Shown here piece after piece: positions 13,127-27,148 of a stretch of 64,000 bases of DNA (the first letter of the stretch is position 1; each line of letters begins with the position of its first letter). A program made the translations under genes and the position numbers. Origin of the DNA: Glycera tridactyla (Eukaryota); contig OZ286461.1 in NCBI GenBank assembly GCA_965644265.1, positions 44,640,001-44,704,000 of the forward strand, given 5' to 3'. The notes beneath the pieces were generated by a model. It was not told where the DNA came from and did not search any database. It saw nothing but the letters and a program-made list of their open reading frames with translations.

Positions 13127-16100
13127 TATGTGGAATGAACATTTTACTTGATCATTAGTCTACAGACATGAGATGATAGGCCCCACCCTATCACACGGGA
13201 TTCCATAATGATGAAATGGTAGAAATGCCTGGTGATCACATGTCTCATTACAGAATGATTGGGACTGAGGTAGAGCCATCTCAAGATCATTCGCACCCTT
13301 TTTAGGACCACCATGAAATCATCTTCACCCAATACAAGGGCACTATGGGATGAATCTAATTTTCTGGTTTGTTTCAAAGTGGGTATTTTGTAAGCTTATC
13401 AGGAAGTATCCTCCTTCATGAAGATTATGAATAGAGTTGATGGTGTTCGCATTGATAGGAACGATGCATTGTGATCTGGTATTGTGATGCCGTTATGCAC
13501 TGCAGGTTGCACTGGCAGGTGAAAAAACAATTTGCCCACCCACCATGAAGATCTAGCCGCTGTAGGTCGTGTTGTCCCACCTGTATTTAACATTCAGTTG
13601 ACCCATGCCCTCTGATCTTGTATGCACAAGCTGGTTCAGTAGGTGCTGCATGATGGAGGTCAAGCCTCACTAGGTAGGTTATTCGTGGTGGTTTTTCATC
13701 AATAATCAAGTCACACCCATCACGATAGTCATGTATGATTAGTCCAAATCCAGTGTCATGCAAGGTGAGTGTGGCAATCAGGCATTGTATCCTGCAGTAG
13801 TGGGTGGCTGAGTCAATCTGCATCGGGGATCCAGAGGGTGGTAATGAGTAGAAGAAGGAGAGTCCATGTTGAGCCACCGTCAAGCCATGATAAACCCCCA
13901 TCTTTCGCTGCCCAGGGTCTATTTCATGCAGGCCTAGGTGTAGCAGCAATCGGTGCATTTTATTACTTGACGTGATACAATCTTGGAACTATATAAAGTT
14001 AAAATGGTGATAAAATGTTGGGAAATGGCTTCGAGGATGAGGCTGGCCAATTGTGATTGGTTTCATATTCAGGGTAAGGTGAATAAGCCAGTTTAGGAGG
14101 GCAATTATGTACAGAGCTTATTCCTGGGTGACTATTTTTGCATGAAATCCGGATCAGAATCTAAAGGGAAAAACACATTACAATGGGCGTTGGTCAAAAT
14201 TGTTGTTCCTCTTTATGGTTTTTTTTTCCTGCCTTTGCCATAAATAAATTAAAAACAAGAGAAATAATAGATGGAGTATGTGCTGTCACAAATGGTGTTG
14301 TCTCAAGTTACTCCCGTTGAGATTGGATCGCAGCAGGCGTGACCTAGTTAGCGGAGGCAAGAGCGCCAACCACTAGCATTCTTGTATCATGACTGTGAAA
14401 AAACCATGAGTGCCTACTGGATACACCGCTATAGGAGAGTCGGTATGATGTCAGGGTGTGAGAGACGAGAAATCAGGAGCAAAGGGCACCTCTCGCTTTC
14501 TCGCCCTTTCTCGCCTCTCCTTCCACGCCTGAATCGGATCACCAGATGACAGCACAATTAGTCATCAACCAGTGAACATGTTTGTTTGGCGTTGAAAATG
14601 GGCAATTTTGTTTAATGGCTAATCACTCGTGCAAACTGGCAAAAAGTTTTTCTTCTACTATTTTCTAAATCAGTAGGGAGAGTTGAGGATGCAGTGACAA
14701 AAGACCAAAAGACCATATTTTCATGGCAGCTTTTCTATTTGGCACAGTCAAATATACCTCCAAGACACCTCCTCTTGAAAGACTGCTTTTTGGTGATATC
14801 TAGGGTGGTCTCTGGTTGCAGGTTTCACTGTATTCAGAAATCTGTCAAAAAGCATCTGTCTATGCAAGTACATTCAACATGTAAGCTTCACCCTGCACAT
14901 GACACGATGAGACAACATGTGAGATGATGTTAGTTCTAAATGTGGTCATGATGGTCTGATCCTTGTAGACCCTTTGATCCCTCAAGGTTTCTGACATTTG
15001 ATTAGGAGTCTCCAATGATGATTGCATGCTGCAATCTAGCAAAATCATGATGAGAGAACATAGTGCGAATTTGGATTCAAAAGTACCATGCCCATGATGA
15101 AATTTATCTGCCCTGTTTGTACTGAAATCAAGTGTCGGAACACAGTACTTGGTCAATACCAAATGTTTCCTGGCTATTTCTGGCTATAATTCCACCACTT
15201 GATCAGTTCGTGGTAGTCTTTTCTGTAGTGTGGGAGCCGAAGTTTGGTGTTTGAATAGCGAGTTAACTGTGAATTCATCAGTGGCTTTCAGCAGGATGCT
15301 CAGTGAATGACAAGTCAGGGAGTTGCACCAGAAACTGTGTGTTCTCCCCATCAAAATCAGCAACAACACTAAAGTTAGCAGCCCTTTCCTTCATCATTCA
15401 GAGGGTGGTAATTCTCAGATCACTCAAGTTAGAGCTTGACTGACGGAGCTGATTTCAAACTTGCAAGTCGGAAGACGAGGATGGGTTTTGGTCGAGGAGT
15501 GAAGGGTGAGGGGATGATCAATAGGTGCGATGATCTAACGCAAGATTGGGTGAAAGGTGGACACAAGTGGGCACAGTACTGTGAGCAGATCGGTTTAGAT
15601 CTCACTGTGAGTGTTAACCTACGGGCTACATGGGGTTGAATTATGAATGGCCCTTACTGTGAATTACCATGTAGGTGTCACTGTTAGGCATTAGCTGTTT
15701 TCATCATGGAACATTTAACTGGGTGGGTCCATCACTTTGAAGTTTGAGATGGTGAAATTGAGCTGATTCATGCCACATTTTGACTGCTTTGCTTGCCTGC
15801 AACTGTGCCCAGATGCAGAATACGCCTTTTCAAAGAAACCAGTCACGACTGTGGGAACTTATTGAGCTGTGTCGTAAGCATTTCTGCTCTGCATCTTCAT
15901 ATGCTATTCTTGGAACAGAATATTGGTCTCCCAGTGTCATTTTAGGGCAATGTTAGGCTCCATCACACCAATACAACCCCGCTCGTGCTTGGTCTTGTCC
16001 ACAGGTCCTTTCTGCTCTTTCCATTTTTATCAATCAGTGATGCCAATTTTCTGAAATTTTGGTGGTGAATTGAATATGAAAAACATTACAGCAATCTGGG

Positions 16101-16469
16101 TGAGAGATTCAGAAGATACTGTGAGTATATGTGGGAGTACTTTTACGAAATCTCATTTGTGAATTTTGCTCCATCTCACTGACATTAGTGATCACTGGTG
16201 ATAGTTATAGGAAAAAGCATCGTTGGCGGCCAAATTGGGTGGTGATGGGTGATGTCCGGTCAGCTGTTTTCTCCCCTAGGTCTGTATCCATGACAACCTC
16301 CATCAAGTTGTCACATTTCATGACAACCAGTTGAGCGTTATTAGCATCAAGTAGGACTTTGATGTTGGTGACTGGGCCCGCCTCATCAACCTCATCATCC
16401 CTCATCCCAGCGCCTGCCTGCCTCCCTCCATCCCCATCATCTGACACCCCTCCACCCATCTCAAATCAC

Positions 16470-16538
16470 TGTGTGTGTGTGCGTGCGTGCGTGCGTGCGT
16501 GTGTGTGTGTGTGTGCGCGTGGGGGGGGGGGGGGGGGG
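16470..16538. repeat. compound (GT)n/(GCGT)n microsatellite ending in G18
   Basis: Direct reading. Confidence 0.95.
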
Positions 16539-17556
16539 CACATGTGTATGTGTCTGCATGTGTACCATTGTGTATCAGACAGTGCAAAATGACCCTGTAC
16601 CCTGGGAGATCTCTTCACCTTCTCTCCACAGTTGGGTCAATTGACTCATAATGCACATGTAATTTTCAATCTGCCCATCTCTATTAGATGTCTCAAGAGC
16701 TGCTCTGAGATTTGTGCAAGGGGCTTTCTCAGGATGAATGACCATCATATTTATCCTATTGAAAGCGTACTTATTGTCTGTTAACAAAGGTTGAAACTTA
16801 TTGCTGATAAACTCATTGCCTGGGGCTACTGATTTCCCATCCAGCTACTAAAAGTTGATATCAAGATTTACATATCTCATAAAGGTCACAGATGAAGTTG
16901 CCTATTCATAGACTGTTTGGTAGTTTTTGATTTTTGATGTGATGCTGACCTGCCTCAATGGCACTCCCCGCCTTTTTCACATGGATATGTGGATGGCCAG
17001 AAAAACCATGCATCACTACCTCATTATTTTGCGCTATAGGGTCTTAACGCAAATTCATTTGTGATGACATACGTAGGTTGAGGTAAAGTTACATATTTTT
17101 ATGTTTAGTTCATTTTAATACTTGTTATTCAAAAAGTAAGAGGTGAACATATGATTGTTCTGTGCATCTGCCTCACTGCTTCCCATTGTATTGTCTCCTC
17201 AACTGCCAGCCAGGCTCAATCGACTGGGGTTCACCACAAATCTGGGACAATGCCCACAGTCTTGACTGGTTTTTACTGTGGTCCATTCAGCTAGCCAATC
17301 ATTTCTATATCAGTGAGATATCCTATATTATTCCCCTCAGATTTTTGGGAGGATAAGACATTGTGGGAAAGTATTCTTGCCATCCCACATTGAATGTCGC
17401 CTCGGTTTTCATCATTCGTCAGGAAATTAACCCACTGTTTTTATGATGTATCCAAATTGTGATCATGTCGTTTTGAATCCAAAACTTTTGAAAGTTTATG
17501 ACAGAATGACAGAACTTTATTTTTATTAGCCACTCGATGAATATGGGAATGTTATG

Positions 17557-17705
17557 NNNNNNNNNNNNNNNNNNNNNNNNNNNNNNNNNNNNNNNNNNNN
17601 NNNNNNNNNNNNNNNNNNNNNNNNNNNNNNNNNNNNNNNNNNNNNNNNNNNNNNNNNNNNNNNNNNNNNNNNNNNNNNNNNNNNNNNNNNNNNNNNNNNN
17701 NNNNN
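17557..17705. other. N block, 149 nt (masked repeat or gap)
   Basis: Non-round length; flanks gttatg / tgtgctgtg suggest a masked simple repeat. Confidence 0.8.
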
Positions 17706-19451
17706 TGTGCTGTGAGACGATGCCATGGAAATGAAAGTGTTAATGTAGAGTGTGAAGAGTCACGTAAATGAGCCGCTGAGTACCAGTATGACATGACACG
17801 ACTGTAATTAAAGACCCCATGAAATGGCATCATGACTAATCATATGAAGGAACATAGTCACTTTGATTGTATAAAAATTCTGTTGATTGATCTGTAATTA
17901 GTAATTGCTGACAGCTGTCAATTACCCACTGATCTAGTCACTTAGGAACCAAAGTTTGGATTGGCAGCACATAGGCATCACCCAGTTGGTTGCCATATGG
18001 GTGAATTAGTACCATAAGTTAGACAGCTCTAGCATATTTTGAAAGGGCATGATCTGCCTGTAACATTGGTAAATATGGGCCTTGACTCAATGGGTTACTT
18101 TGTCCCGGAACCATAGGGGTATCTCATCTCTAGGCAATTGAAAGCCCATAGTGTTGAGATGCCCGTTTGATTCCATGACAAATCATCCTGCTGTTACTCA
18201 TCTAACAATTTCAGCCTTTCCACCTGAGCGTTCATGTGTAACACCACTCTGTGGAAATCCTGGTAAATTGAATAATGTATGGGAAAAATTGCAAGTGTCC
18301 TCCAGCTTGCCATATTTCTATCTCATGACATGATATATTTTTCCAATTTCTTGAGTTTTATCCTTTGAAGATTTAGTCATAATGGTCAATCATTCACTGA
18401 TCTTCCTCATTGATTTGATGGTTTGGTTAGAGATGGGTAGATTAGGGTAGAATAGGGTGGGTTAGGTAGTTGATGCCAGGATTATGGGGATGTGCTTACC
18501 CCGTGGTGGCTCGTAGAGAAGGGTGTAGTCTTCTAGAGGCTGTCAGAGGGGCAAGTTTAGCCTGGAGTTGATGGTCTTCTGTCAGAATAACACGGCTCCA
18601 GCCTCACATTTGATCCGCAGCATATGATTATGTGTTGAAATATGAAGTCTACAACCATCTGGACAAACACGCCAGCCCTGTGGTTGTCAATAAAAATGAT
18701 GTAGTTGCAGAGCGTTTTCTCCAACCAAGTGCCAGATTTTTCGGGGTTTGTTTGAATTCCAGGAGTCACATAGTATGGCTAGCAACATGTAACTGTATCG
18801 TATTGTTGCCTTTTGCCATCAGCTGCTTGGATAGCAGCTTCATAGGCAGCAGGCTCACTTCATCTCCCACATAATAGAGCGAGAACCTGCTCGGTAGAAT
18901 TAGCCACATACCATGCTTGGCCCAGATGTCTATATTTTTACCTCCTCCTGCAATTCAGCTGTTGATTCCGTGAATGCCCCGATCATCCAAAATACATCAG
19001 CGAGAATAATAGACCTATGTTATTCTGAGAGAAAGGTATGGATTTTCTAACTGCTAACTCCGCCAATATGAGCAAAGTCTCTCACTGGAGATAAGGGGTG
19101 TTCCGTCATTACTAGCTCAGTGATGTATATTTCACCCTATATAGGGTGAAATGTGTTGAATTGATGATTAATGTTAATGATGAGTATCATGTTTGCGTCA
19201 CTCATAAATTTGAGACTCCCAGTTCTGTGATGCCTCTTTCTTCTGTCAGAAGTGATGTTTGGTTGTCACTCTGAGGTGTGCGAATGTCAGTGTAAGGTGT
19301 GCAAGCGAACATGCTCGATTGAGGTTGCACTCTGTGATGTTGTTGCACGATGAATTGAAGGTTCTGATTGATGACCAGCCAACACGAATTTATGACTGGA
19401 GTGGAACGAATATTACACCAGAGTCCCATTGTAACAGAACCCAGCAAAGAT

Positions 19452-19618
19452 CAGTGATGCTGCTTTCTTGGAAATTATAGGAATTTTCGAAAAAAAATTG
19501 TGAAAAGTTTGCATTGAGGAACTGGTGCAGAGAAGCTACTTATGAGAATAGGTAGGGTTAGTTTTAAAAAATTATCATAGAAAATAGTCCAGAAAATTAG
19601 GCTTCATCTTATCAACAG
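19452..19618 (+). mobile_element. possible highly diverged copy of the CAGTG hAT-like MITE seen at 42926 and 54547
   Basis: Starts CAGTGATGC and contains ttttcgaaaaaaaattgtgaaaa, similar to the other copies; right end and TSD not recognisable. Confidence 0.3.
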
Positions 19619-20025
19619 TCATGATTATTTTTTTTTGATGAAAAATGTGTTGTCATTGCTGTTGGTGTTGTGATTGTCACCACTGTTATATCATTGTTGT
19701 CATCGAATTATTATTAGTATAACTAATGGGCGAAATATATGGACCATTTTCAGAATGATGTTTCCTCAAACTAGAAAAAAAAGGTTAAAACTTGTGTGAA
19801 AACATGGAGTATGCACTGAGTGAAAGTGAAATGTTTAGTGAGTGTCAGGGTAATAAGCAGCTGTTGCAGCATTGATCAGTACCTACTGTGTTGTGTGTTG
19901 TGAGTTGACCTGCTGTACATTTTCTCCAGTCAGTTGATTGACGTACAGAAAACTGATGGGCAGCACTGAGTGCATGTGGCTTTGCTGGCCATCGGAATGC
20001 TCACAATACGAGCATAGGCACCTCT

Positions 20026-20035
20026 CCCCCCCCCC

Positions 20036-20052
<17 letters not shown>
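20026..20052 (-). repeat. C27 homopolymer followed by (CA)n
   Basis: Direct reading. Confidence 0.95.
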
Positions 20053-20066
<14 letters not shown>

Positions 20067-20902
20067 ACTTCTCGCAAGAACAAGTAAGAGGCAGCTGGAC
20101 TAAAGTCAATGAACTTATAGTAAGGCGTAACTTGAATATGTGCACTTTCAAAATGAAGCCCTGTACTTTCTGAGTTACCCCTTGCAGCCTTGCCATAGTC
20201 TTGGGAAGGGGCTCGTGATTCAAAATTAGTGGTTCGATTTTATGTTTGGAAAACACTGGAAGGCTGAAATTTAGATAATTCTCAACTCTGGATACAAAAT
20301 GTATGCATCTTCGCAGTTTATGTTGCTGTTACATCCTTGGATTTTGCGGAAATGTGGTGAAAAATCTAGCTTATTCAAGAAGTATGGAATGAGCAATGTA
20401 GAAAAGCTGGATATGTATGCTGGCTAGATTGTTTCGCTGGGTGAACTTTGTTATTTCATCGCAGTGTCCAGACAAAGAGATTGTGAAGTAGTGTACTCAC
20501 GCAAACATTTTTTTTTAGTCGAACCTCCATCATGAAATTTGATGTTCAATATTGAGATATGATAAAGTTATCACAAATGCTACAAAAATTAGGGACTTTT
20601 TCACTCAATAAATCATGTTTTGAATTGCATGTACGATTGATGGCACTCAGTTCCTATGTTTCTCTGAATAAACCCCTGATCTTGAAACTCTAGTCTAGTT
20701 GTATGTGCAGACATGAATTGTTCTAAGTGACACGTTTAGTATACAGATTTCATTTTAGGTGGAATTCTGTTAAGGCTATTGAATTTTGTGCTGCTCTTTT
20801 TAGCTAACGTCAGAATCTATCTTGAGTGAAGTTATGGATCATTTCAGATTCAGTTTGCTCATGTTTGCACAAATATCTGTGGATGCAAGCCTACGCATGC
20901 GT

Positions 20903-20903
<1 letters not shown>

Positions 20904-20955
<52 letters not shown>

Positions 20956-20982
20956 CAAACACACGCACACAGACACACGCAC
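20904..20982. repeat. (CA)n microsatellite with degenerate tail
   Basis: Direct reading. Confidence 0.96.
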
Positions 20983-23926
20983 TTGTGAGGAATGTTAGTT
21001 TGAGCCAAAGAGCTACACATATTGATTGTATTCATCATTAACAAACCGTTAGTATCTAGTCATTAATCCGGTGGGAACACCAGCAGTTGTCACATCTCTC
21101 AGCTGACTGCCAGTCAATGAAGATTAGTATCCCTGCATTAAACAAGCAATGTAACACTCTGTGGCTTTAAGAGCTGAACCAAAATCTCTTCCAACCAATT
21201 TGTATGTGATTAGATACCAACCATCATGATTTCTCATTATTTCACTTATTATGTACACTGCTTCTTGAAATTGACACTGCTACTATATTTTTACGGAAGT
21301 CATGTGATTCACACCAGCTACACTAGGATATTTCACTGCAGGACTTTTTGGATGCCATGCATCAGAGATCTTCAACTTCCTAAGTTCCTAAATCGTGACC
21401 GTGATGTATGAGGAATTCAGTGAACGGAATTCATTAGCTTCATGATTGAAGCTTGTGGCCATGGTAATTTTGATAATGGCTGAAGCTGACCAACTCAGTC
21501 AGACCGGACTTTAATGCCTCTCAGTATCATGTTTTATCCCTTATGTTGCTATGATATTATGTGCAGTCGGATGCCTATCATGATGTAGCTAATGTGACAG
21601 CCATGTTATGGTAGCATCTCTAGATGGATTTCATGATCATCCAGTAGTGTATAGCTGGTATTCTGTGGGGGGTTGGGTAGATAGATAGATAGATGTGTCT
21701 AACTTACTCTAACCAATACAGATCCGCAGAGGGAAAAAAATCTTCACGTACATGGTGGAGGTTCACATTACAGGTACTTCTACTGTTGGGGACGTGACCA
21801 TTGATTTTTGCAATAGTATACTTTGTTTCTGTTTCACAAATACATATATGTCCCAAGAAGTTACAGGATTTACAGTTCACTACCCTATGTGTACATGTTT
21901 GTCAGCAACACAGGCATGCATAAATATCTGTTGTTATCAATGTATGCCAGTGACAGTCACAATCTCAATCTCAATGCCCGAATTTCTGGACAAATATCCC
22001 AATTGTTTGATACCATAGACAAATTGTTATTCATTGCTCATTAAGCTCATTAAGATGACATGGCATTTCTCATCATAAAGAGAAAAATGAGAATAGATTG
22101 GATATCATTTTGCTAAGCTTGAACCATGAGCTGATAGAGAACTTTCTTCATTTTGGAAATGGGTTTGAAGGCCAACTACAGAAGGATTGATAGCTTCTCT
22201 CAGCTTGAGAATGCCGTCCATCATTTCGGGTGTCACTGACGCCTGTCTTGGTTGAGTAAATGAAGAATTATTAATGGCTGATATCTGGCCGGGTAGAAAT
22301 ACCAAGAGGCAAAGGAGGCCAGCGAGGGTAGAACATGGTTCGGTACACACTGCCAGAGTGTATCCACTTGGTTCATGTGAGATCTTTTCTCTGGTGGGGG
22401 ATCTTGGTGGGTGGCTGGGGTGGGGAAGTTGATACTTTTTGAAAGTGCTCATGATGTATTGAGACTGAGCTACTTATTTCCTCTTATGTCAGCAGGTGGT
22501 GTCGCAGAACCTGGGTGGTTCTACCCCCTGACTGTGTAAATCTGGGTGAAATCTAAATGATAGGTCCTATCACACAAGAACAAGTTGTGAAATGAACCCT
22601 GGGTGCAATATGGGTGGTATATATTTCTGAAACACATGCATGATCACCATGACGATGAAGTGACCCATGTGGCTATGATGGAGGCACTGCTATCATCTTC
22701 AGGGATGAACTATAGGCAAGTCTGTCATCTTCCAGGGGTGTTGAATTTGTCATGCATGATGAATGTCATCTCCAGTGATGTCAGTCGTCAACATTCACCA
22801 CACCTCCTCCGATTCCGGGGGAAAAAATAACGCAAGTGGCAGTGAATTATCTAGCACACATGGTTGGTTGGATAATAAAGTGGAAATGAGAATCTGTCTA
22901 CACTGTCCAATTTTCTTTTGATTGTTAATAAGTCTTCATTTGTTGGGTTCTTCTGTCTGAGCTGCCGAAATGGTATTTGGAACCAGGATTTGTCATATGG
23001 GTGATCTGGGTGCATTTGGGCGTGCCTGAATTCAATCATACTTGCTTCAGAATGATAGAGCATTTCTCACTGATTTGACTCAGTCATTCAACTTATGTGT
23101 GGTGTGTTCCACTGCCTAATTGTCTCTACGGTTTATGTAATGAGTAAATGCATGCGCTCTCCTCCATGTGCACTCAATATCTCAAGGTCGATGGGTGACC
23201 AAAAATATGCCTTGGCGATTATATTCCTGGATCCTAAATACAGCTAAATGATTTCTCAGCATTCACCCTTGGTGAAGGTAAAAGCTGGCTGCTTTAAATA
23301 GTTGGCTGCTCAAGACATTTCGAAAGAGGGTATGTATAAGTGACTGATTAAGACAGATAGCAGTAAGATAGCAGTCATGTATTTTGTCATAAAAAAAATT
23401 TACACCCATTACTACACCCATTACGGGCCATTAGAGGGATGAAATATGGGTCAGTGTAAGTAAACATAAGTCCCCTATACACTATTTCTGGGTATGATGT
23501 TGTTGATCTGTAATAGTTGGTACTGTAATATGTGTGAGCATTTCGTGAGTATACTCACTAGGGCTTCATTTCACCGAAGGATTAGTGCATGCAGAGTTAG
23601 AGTACATTCTTGTCATCGCTACGGAAACGATGGCATCTTCCTTGATTTGGCATTCATCTAGATGTAAGTGAGGCCAGTCCACAGGTATGTTATCAGGGGT
23701 GTTATCAAGGTGTAGACTGGTCGCAGCACCTCCCTGCTTGGCCAACAATGATAGTTGGCTGGCCTATCTTGTCAGCCGGTGGCCAGCCTATCTCCCTGCT
23801 TGTCAGATCAGCCAGCTTGCTTCTGTTGATCTTATGCTGTGTTATATGAAAATAACATCTGCACCCCTTCTCACAACCTGGGGTTCCCTTAGTACTGGTG
23901 CAAGGAGTACCAGTGAGCGTAGGTTC

Positions 23927-23930
23927 TGTG

Positions 23931-23986
<56 letters not shown>

Positions 23987-23987
23987 T
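23927..23987. repeat. (TG)n(CGTG)n compound microsatellite
   Basis: Direct reading. Confidence 0.96.
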
Positions 23988-24107
23988 TTCAGGATTCAAG
24001 CCCACTCTCAGTAGACTGGGTTTGATTATAGCCTTGTCCACTCTGAAAGGGTCAATTCTATTTTGAAATTTGTAAGAATGTGGTGAGCAGGCAGAGTGTT
24101 ACCTTGT

Positions 24108-24138
24108 ATTGAATTGAATTGAATTGGATTGAATTGAA
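24108..24138. repeat. (TTGAA)n pentamer repeat
   Basis: attgaattgaattgaattggattgaattgaa. Confidence 0.85.
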
Positions 24139-25866
24139 CTTGAGAAATATCCCCATGAAATGACAAAAAAGTTTTCAAAGTGAATCCCAAAGATTGTGGG
24201 ACATGGATTGTGAGATTTTCAGGTGATGGCCTGCTTGAAAACTCATAAATATGAGCATCTCCATAAATTATGATATGTTTGGCTAATTTGCAATGTTGCT
24301 GTGTACTTTTATCCTATCCAGATGGTTGGATTCCATTGGTGCAATCTGCCCTTTGTCATGTGTTGCCTTTCCCACCAGTGTCGGGTCTCCCCTGGGAGGA
24401 TCCACACCAGTTCTTCACTGGGCTCCAACTTATATCTTGAGCCATCTTTGCTCATTTTCAGTTGTGTGATAATGGTTCATTCAGATTTGAAGCGAGCTGT
24501 GAAAAGTTTGAAAATGGATGCCAGCAGTGGGCCAATATTGGTGATAGCCTGTATCTGGCATTGCACTTTTCACAGGTGGAAGATGGGCTGCATAGTTCAG
24601 TCGATACCTGTAGTGCCAAGAGTCATTAGAGCTTTGGTTGTTAGTGAGGTATTAATTAAATTTACAATTAACTTTAATTAGATAGAAGTGTAGATTGTTG
24701 CATGTTTGGTTAATCATGAGTACCACCTTGGTTGTGTGAGCACCTCTAATTACCTGACAGATCCCCTCAAATTTTGATCCAGTGATCATCACATTGTGGA
24801 TATGAGTGCCTCCAGAGACAGCTCAATCTTGTTTCCATATCTCTAGCTGTGTAGACTGGTAGTGTGATTTGATTTGCGCAGAGGTTGAAAATTTGTGAAG
24901 AAATATTTTGAAAAATCTCACATCATAGAATGAAAGGGGCGCAGTATTAGACCTAAACTGTTAACCACTTGACCTTTCATTCTTTCCATGTATGAGTCTG
25001 GTGACCCCCAGATATTCGGGAATTACTCAGATATTCAAATGTGTGAGTGTATAGAGAAGTTTTCCAATCTAAAATGTATTTTCCTATCTGACCATGTTGG
25101 ATACTTGGCAGAATTGATGATTCTCGGAGGTATTTTTTCCTCAGACTCATTACATCGCTGACTTTTTATTCAGCCAGAACACAGCACTTGGCAGGCAGTG
25201 GGTGGGGATGGGGGTCATCTGCAGAGGCACAACCACAGTCATCATGCTAGCTATAGCTCATCAGACATGATCAGTCATGAGAGATTTTTCTCGGGATGAG
25301 TCATGGGTGAGATAGATACAGATGACTATTATGGCATGATGTTGATGTTGAAGACGCTTGTTGGGTGTCCTTTTATACCCCATTGTTAGATCAGCATCCG
25401 GCTTCTATCCCCAACCCTCAATTGGAATTTCCTTAATTCATCCTATAATGGATATGGTTTTTTTGGGGGGGGGGGGGGGGTTGGAACAAATTTGGGAATT
25501 TCTATATTTCTTCAAGGATGTTTGGATATATCTGTGACCAAGAATATATAGGTTCCCACCTGCAGGGGTTGAGTGCGATGCATTGTTATGGACAATGTGA
25601 TACCTTATGCCATTGACAGCAGAAGATTACATTGATATTATTGGCACATGATACCCCCCCCCCCCCCCAACAAAAAAGGATATATATATACCTGGCCTGA
25701 CAGTTAGACTGGCTCTGTTATATGGCCCCAGGAGTGAAGACTCCCAACAATGATGGGAACTGGATAAGATGGTTTGGAGCACTGCCTAAATAATGAGGTT
25801 TTCCACAGAAAAGGAAGTGCCATGGATGCTCAGGTCCACCACTGGAAACCACATGGATTGTGAATA

Positions 25867-26044
25867 CAGTCGAACCTCTCTATAAAGACCACCTTCGGTT
25901 GCATCAAAAAGTGGTCTTTATAAGGAGGTGGTCTTCATAGAGAGGTCATTTACTATTGAAAATACTACCACGGTCGCAGCTCAGGGTGGTCTTTATAGGG
26001 AGGTGGTCTCTATAGGGAGGTGGTCTTTAGAGGAGGTTCGACTG
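25867..26044 (-). mobile_element. family A MITE copy 2 (178 bp), inverted relative to copy 1
   Basis: TA|CAGTCGAACCTC...GAGGTTCGACTG|TA; internal sequence is the reverse complement of copy 1. Confidence 0.93.
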
Positions 26045-27148
26045 TATGCTTTTTTTTATGTTGTTCAGAATGGTTGATTTGTGCAGGTTGTAGTACATAT
26101 CATCAAGAGTTAGCATGAAGCATGAATTTCCAGTTTATGAATATATCATTTAGATGACCCAGATTTGAGCTGACAGAGTGTTAGTGATTATCCTTCTAAT
26201 TTCTACAACTTTTTCTCTCCCTATAGTGGCAGCTAAATTTATTTGGGTGTTGTTCCATTCTCTTTTTTCCTTTTGATTGGAGCTCGTGATGATCATATCC
26301 CTGATTTGGAGCATGTTTTCTCATGTAGAAAGAGTTGCTCGTGATACAGAAGTGGGCCTGGGACAATAGTTGCAGAAGATTGACAGAGTCGCAGAGAGCA
26401 GGATATCATAACCCATGATTGGCAGCATATAACACAATAGGATGTTGATCAAGATAAGGGCACTATAATGGTCTTTGTTGCTGAAATAAAACATCCTGAA
26501 ATGTTGAAGCATTATTCGTTTTCTGAATCGTTATCTGCCACGTGTTGGTGACAAAGAAAGTGACGTAAAAACAGTATCTTAGACTGGGATGGAAGTAAAA
26601 TAATTTCCCTATAACCAAAGTGTAGAATGCATTGCTGCTGAGGGTGAGAGTGGGCGATGTTGATAGGTTTGACTGTAATGGATAGATAGCAAATAGTATG
26701 TTAGTCAGTCAGTCAGTCAAGTGTTGGTACTAGTGACTACCAAACACTTGGGACCCCACCCTCTTCAGACTTGTATGGGCCACTAGGAGCGTACATGTAT
26801 GAGTTTGTGTAAATGTCACCCCCAGTAGGGGTAGCACACACTCCATAACATTTTGATATACTATTTATTTATGCAACTGTCACTCAACTGGCAGATACAA
26901 CAAGGCCCAGTTTGATCTTTGTCCTAGTTTTGGGTAACGTGAGATGGCAACTCTAGACAAGCGAATATATACTTTGTTTATATGAGAACCAGTGCATTGT
27001 CTTACAGAGAAATTATAGCACCCAATGATCAATTTCCTTAGAATTTAAAACCCTATTGAAGTAACCAGTGTGAGTGAAATCCATATGATATATCTGTGCC
27101 ACATGCATTGGTTTCACTCTGAACATCAAAACTTGATCTCTCATCTAA

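Noticed and set aside
13769-13975. ORF ending in a hydrophobic tail (tail-anchored protein-like)
   Set aside because: No credible acceptor or homology; short ORF consistent with chance.
23641-23670. AG|AT|GTAAGT, a 2-nt exon-like arrangement
   Set aside because: Frame-shifting length and weaker pyrimidine tract; expected by chance.
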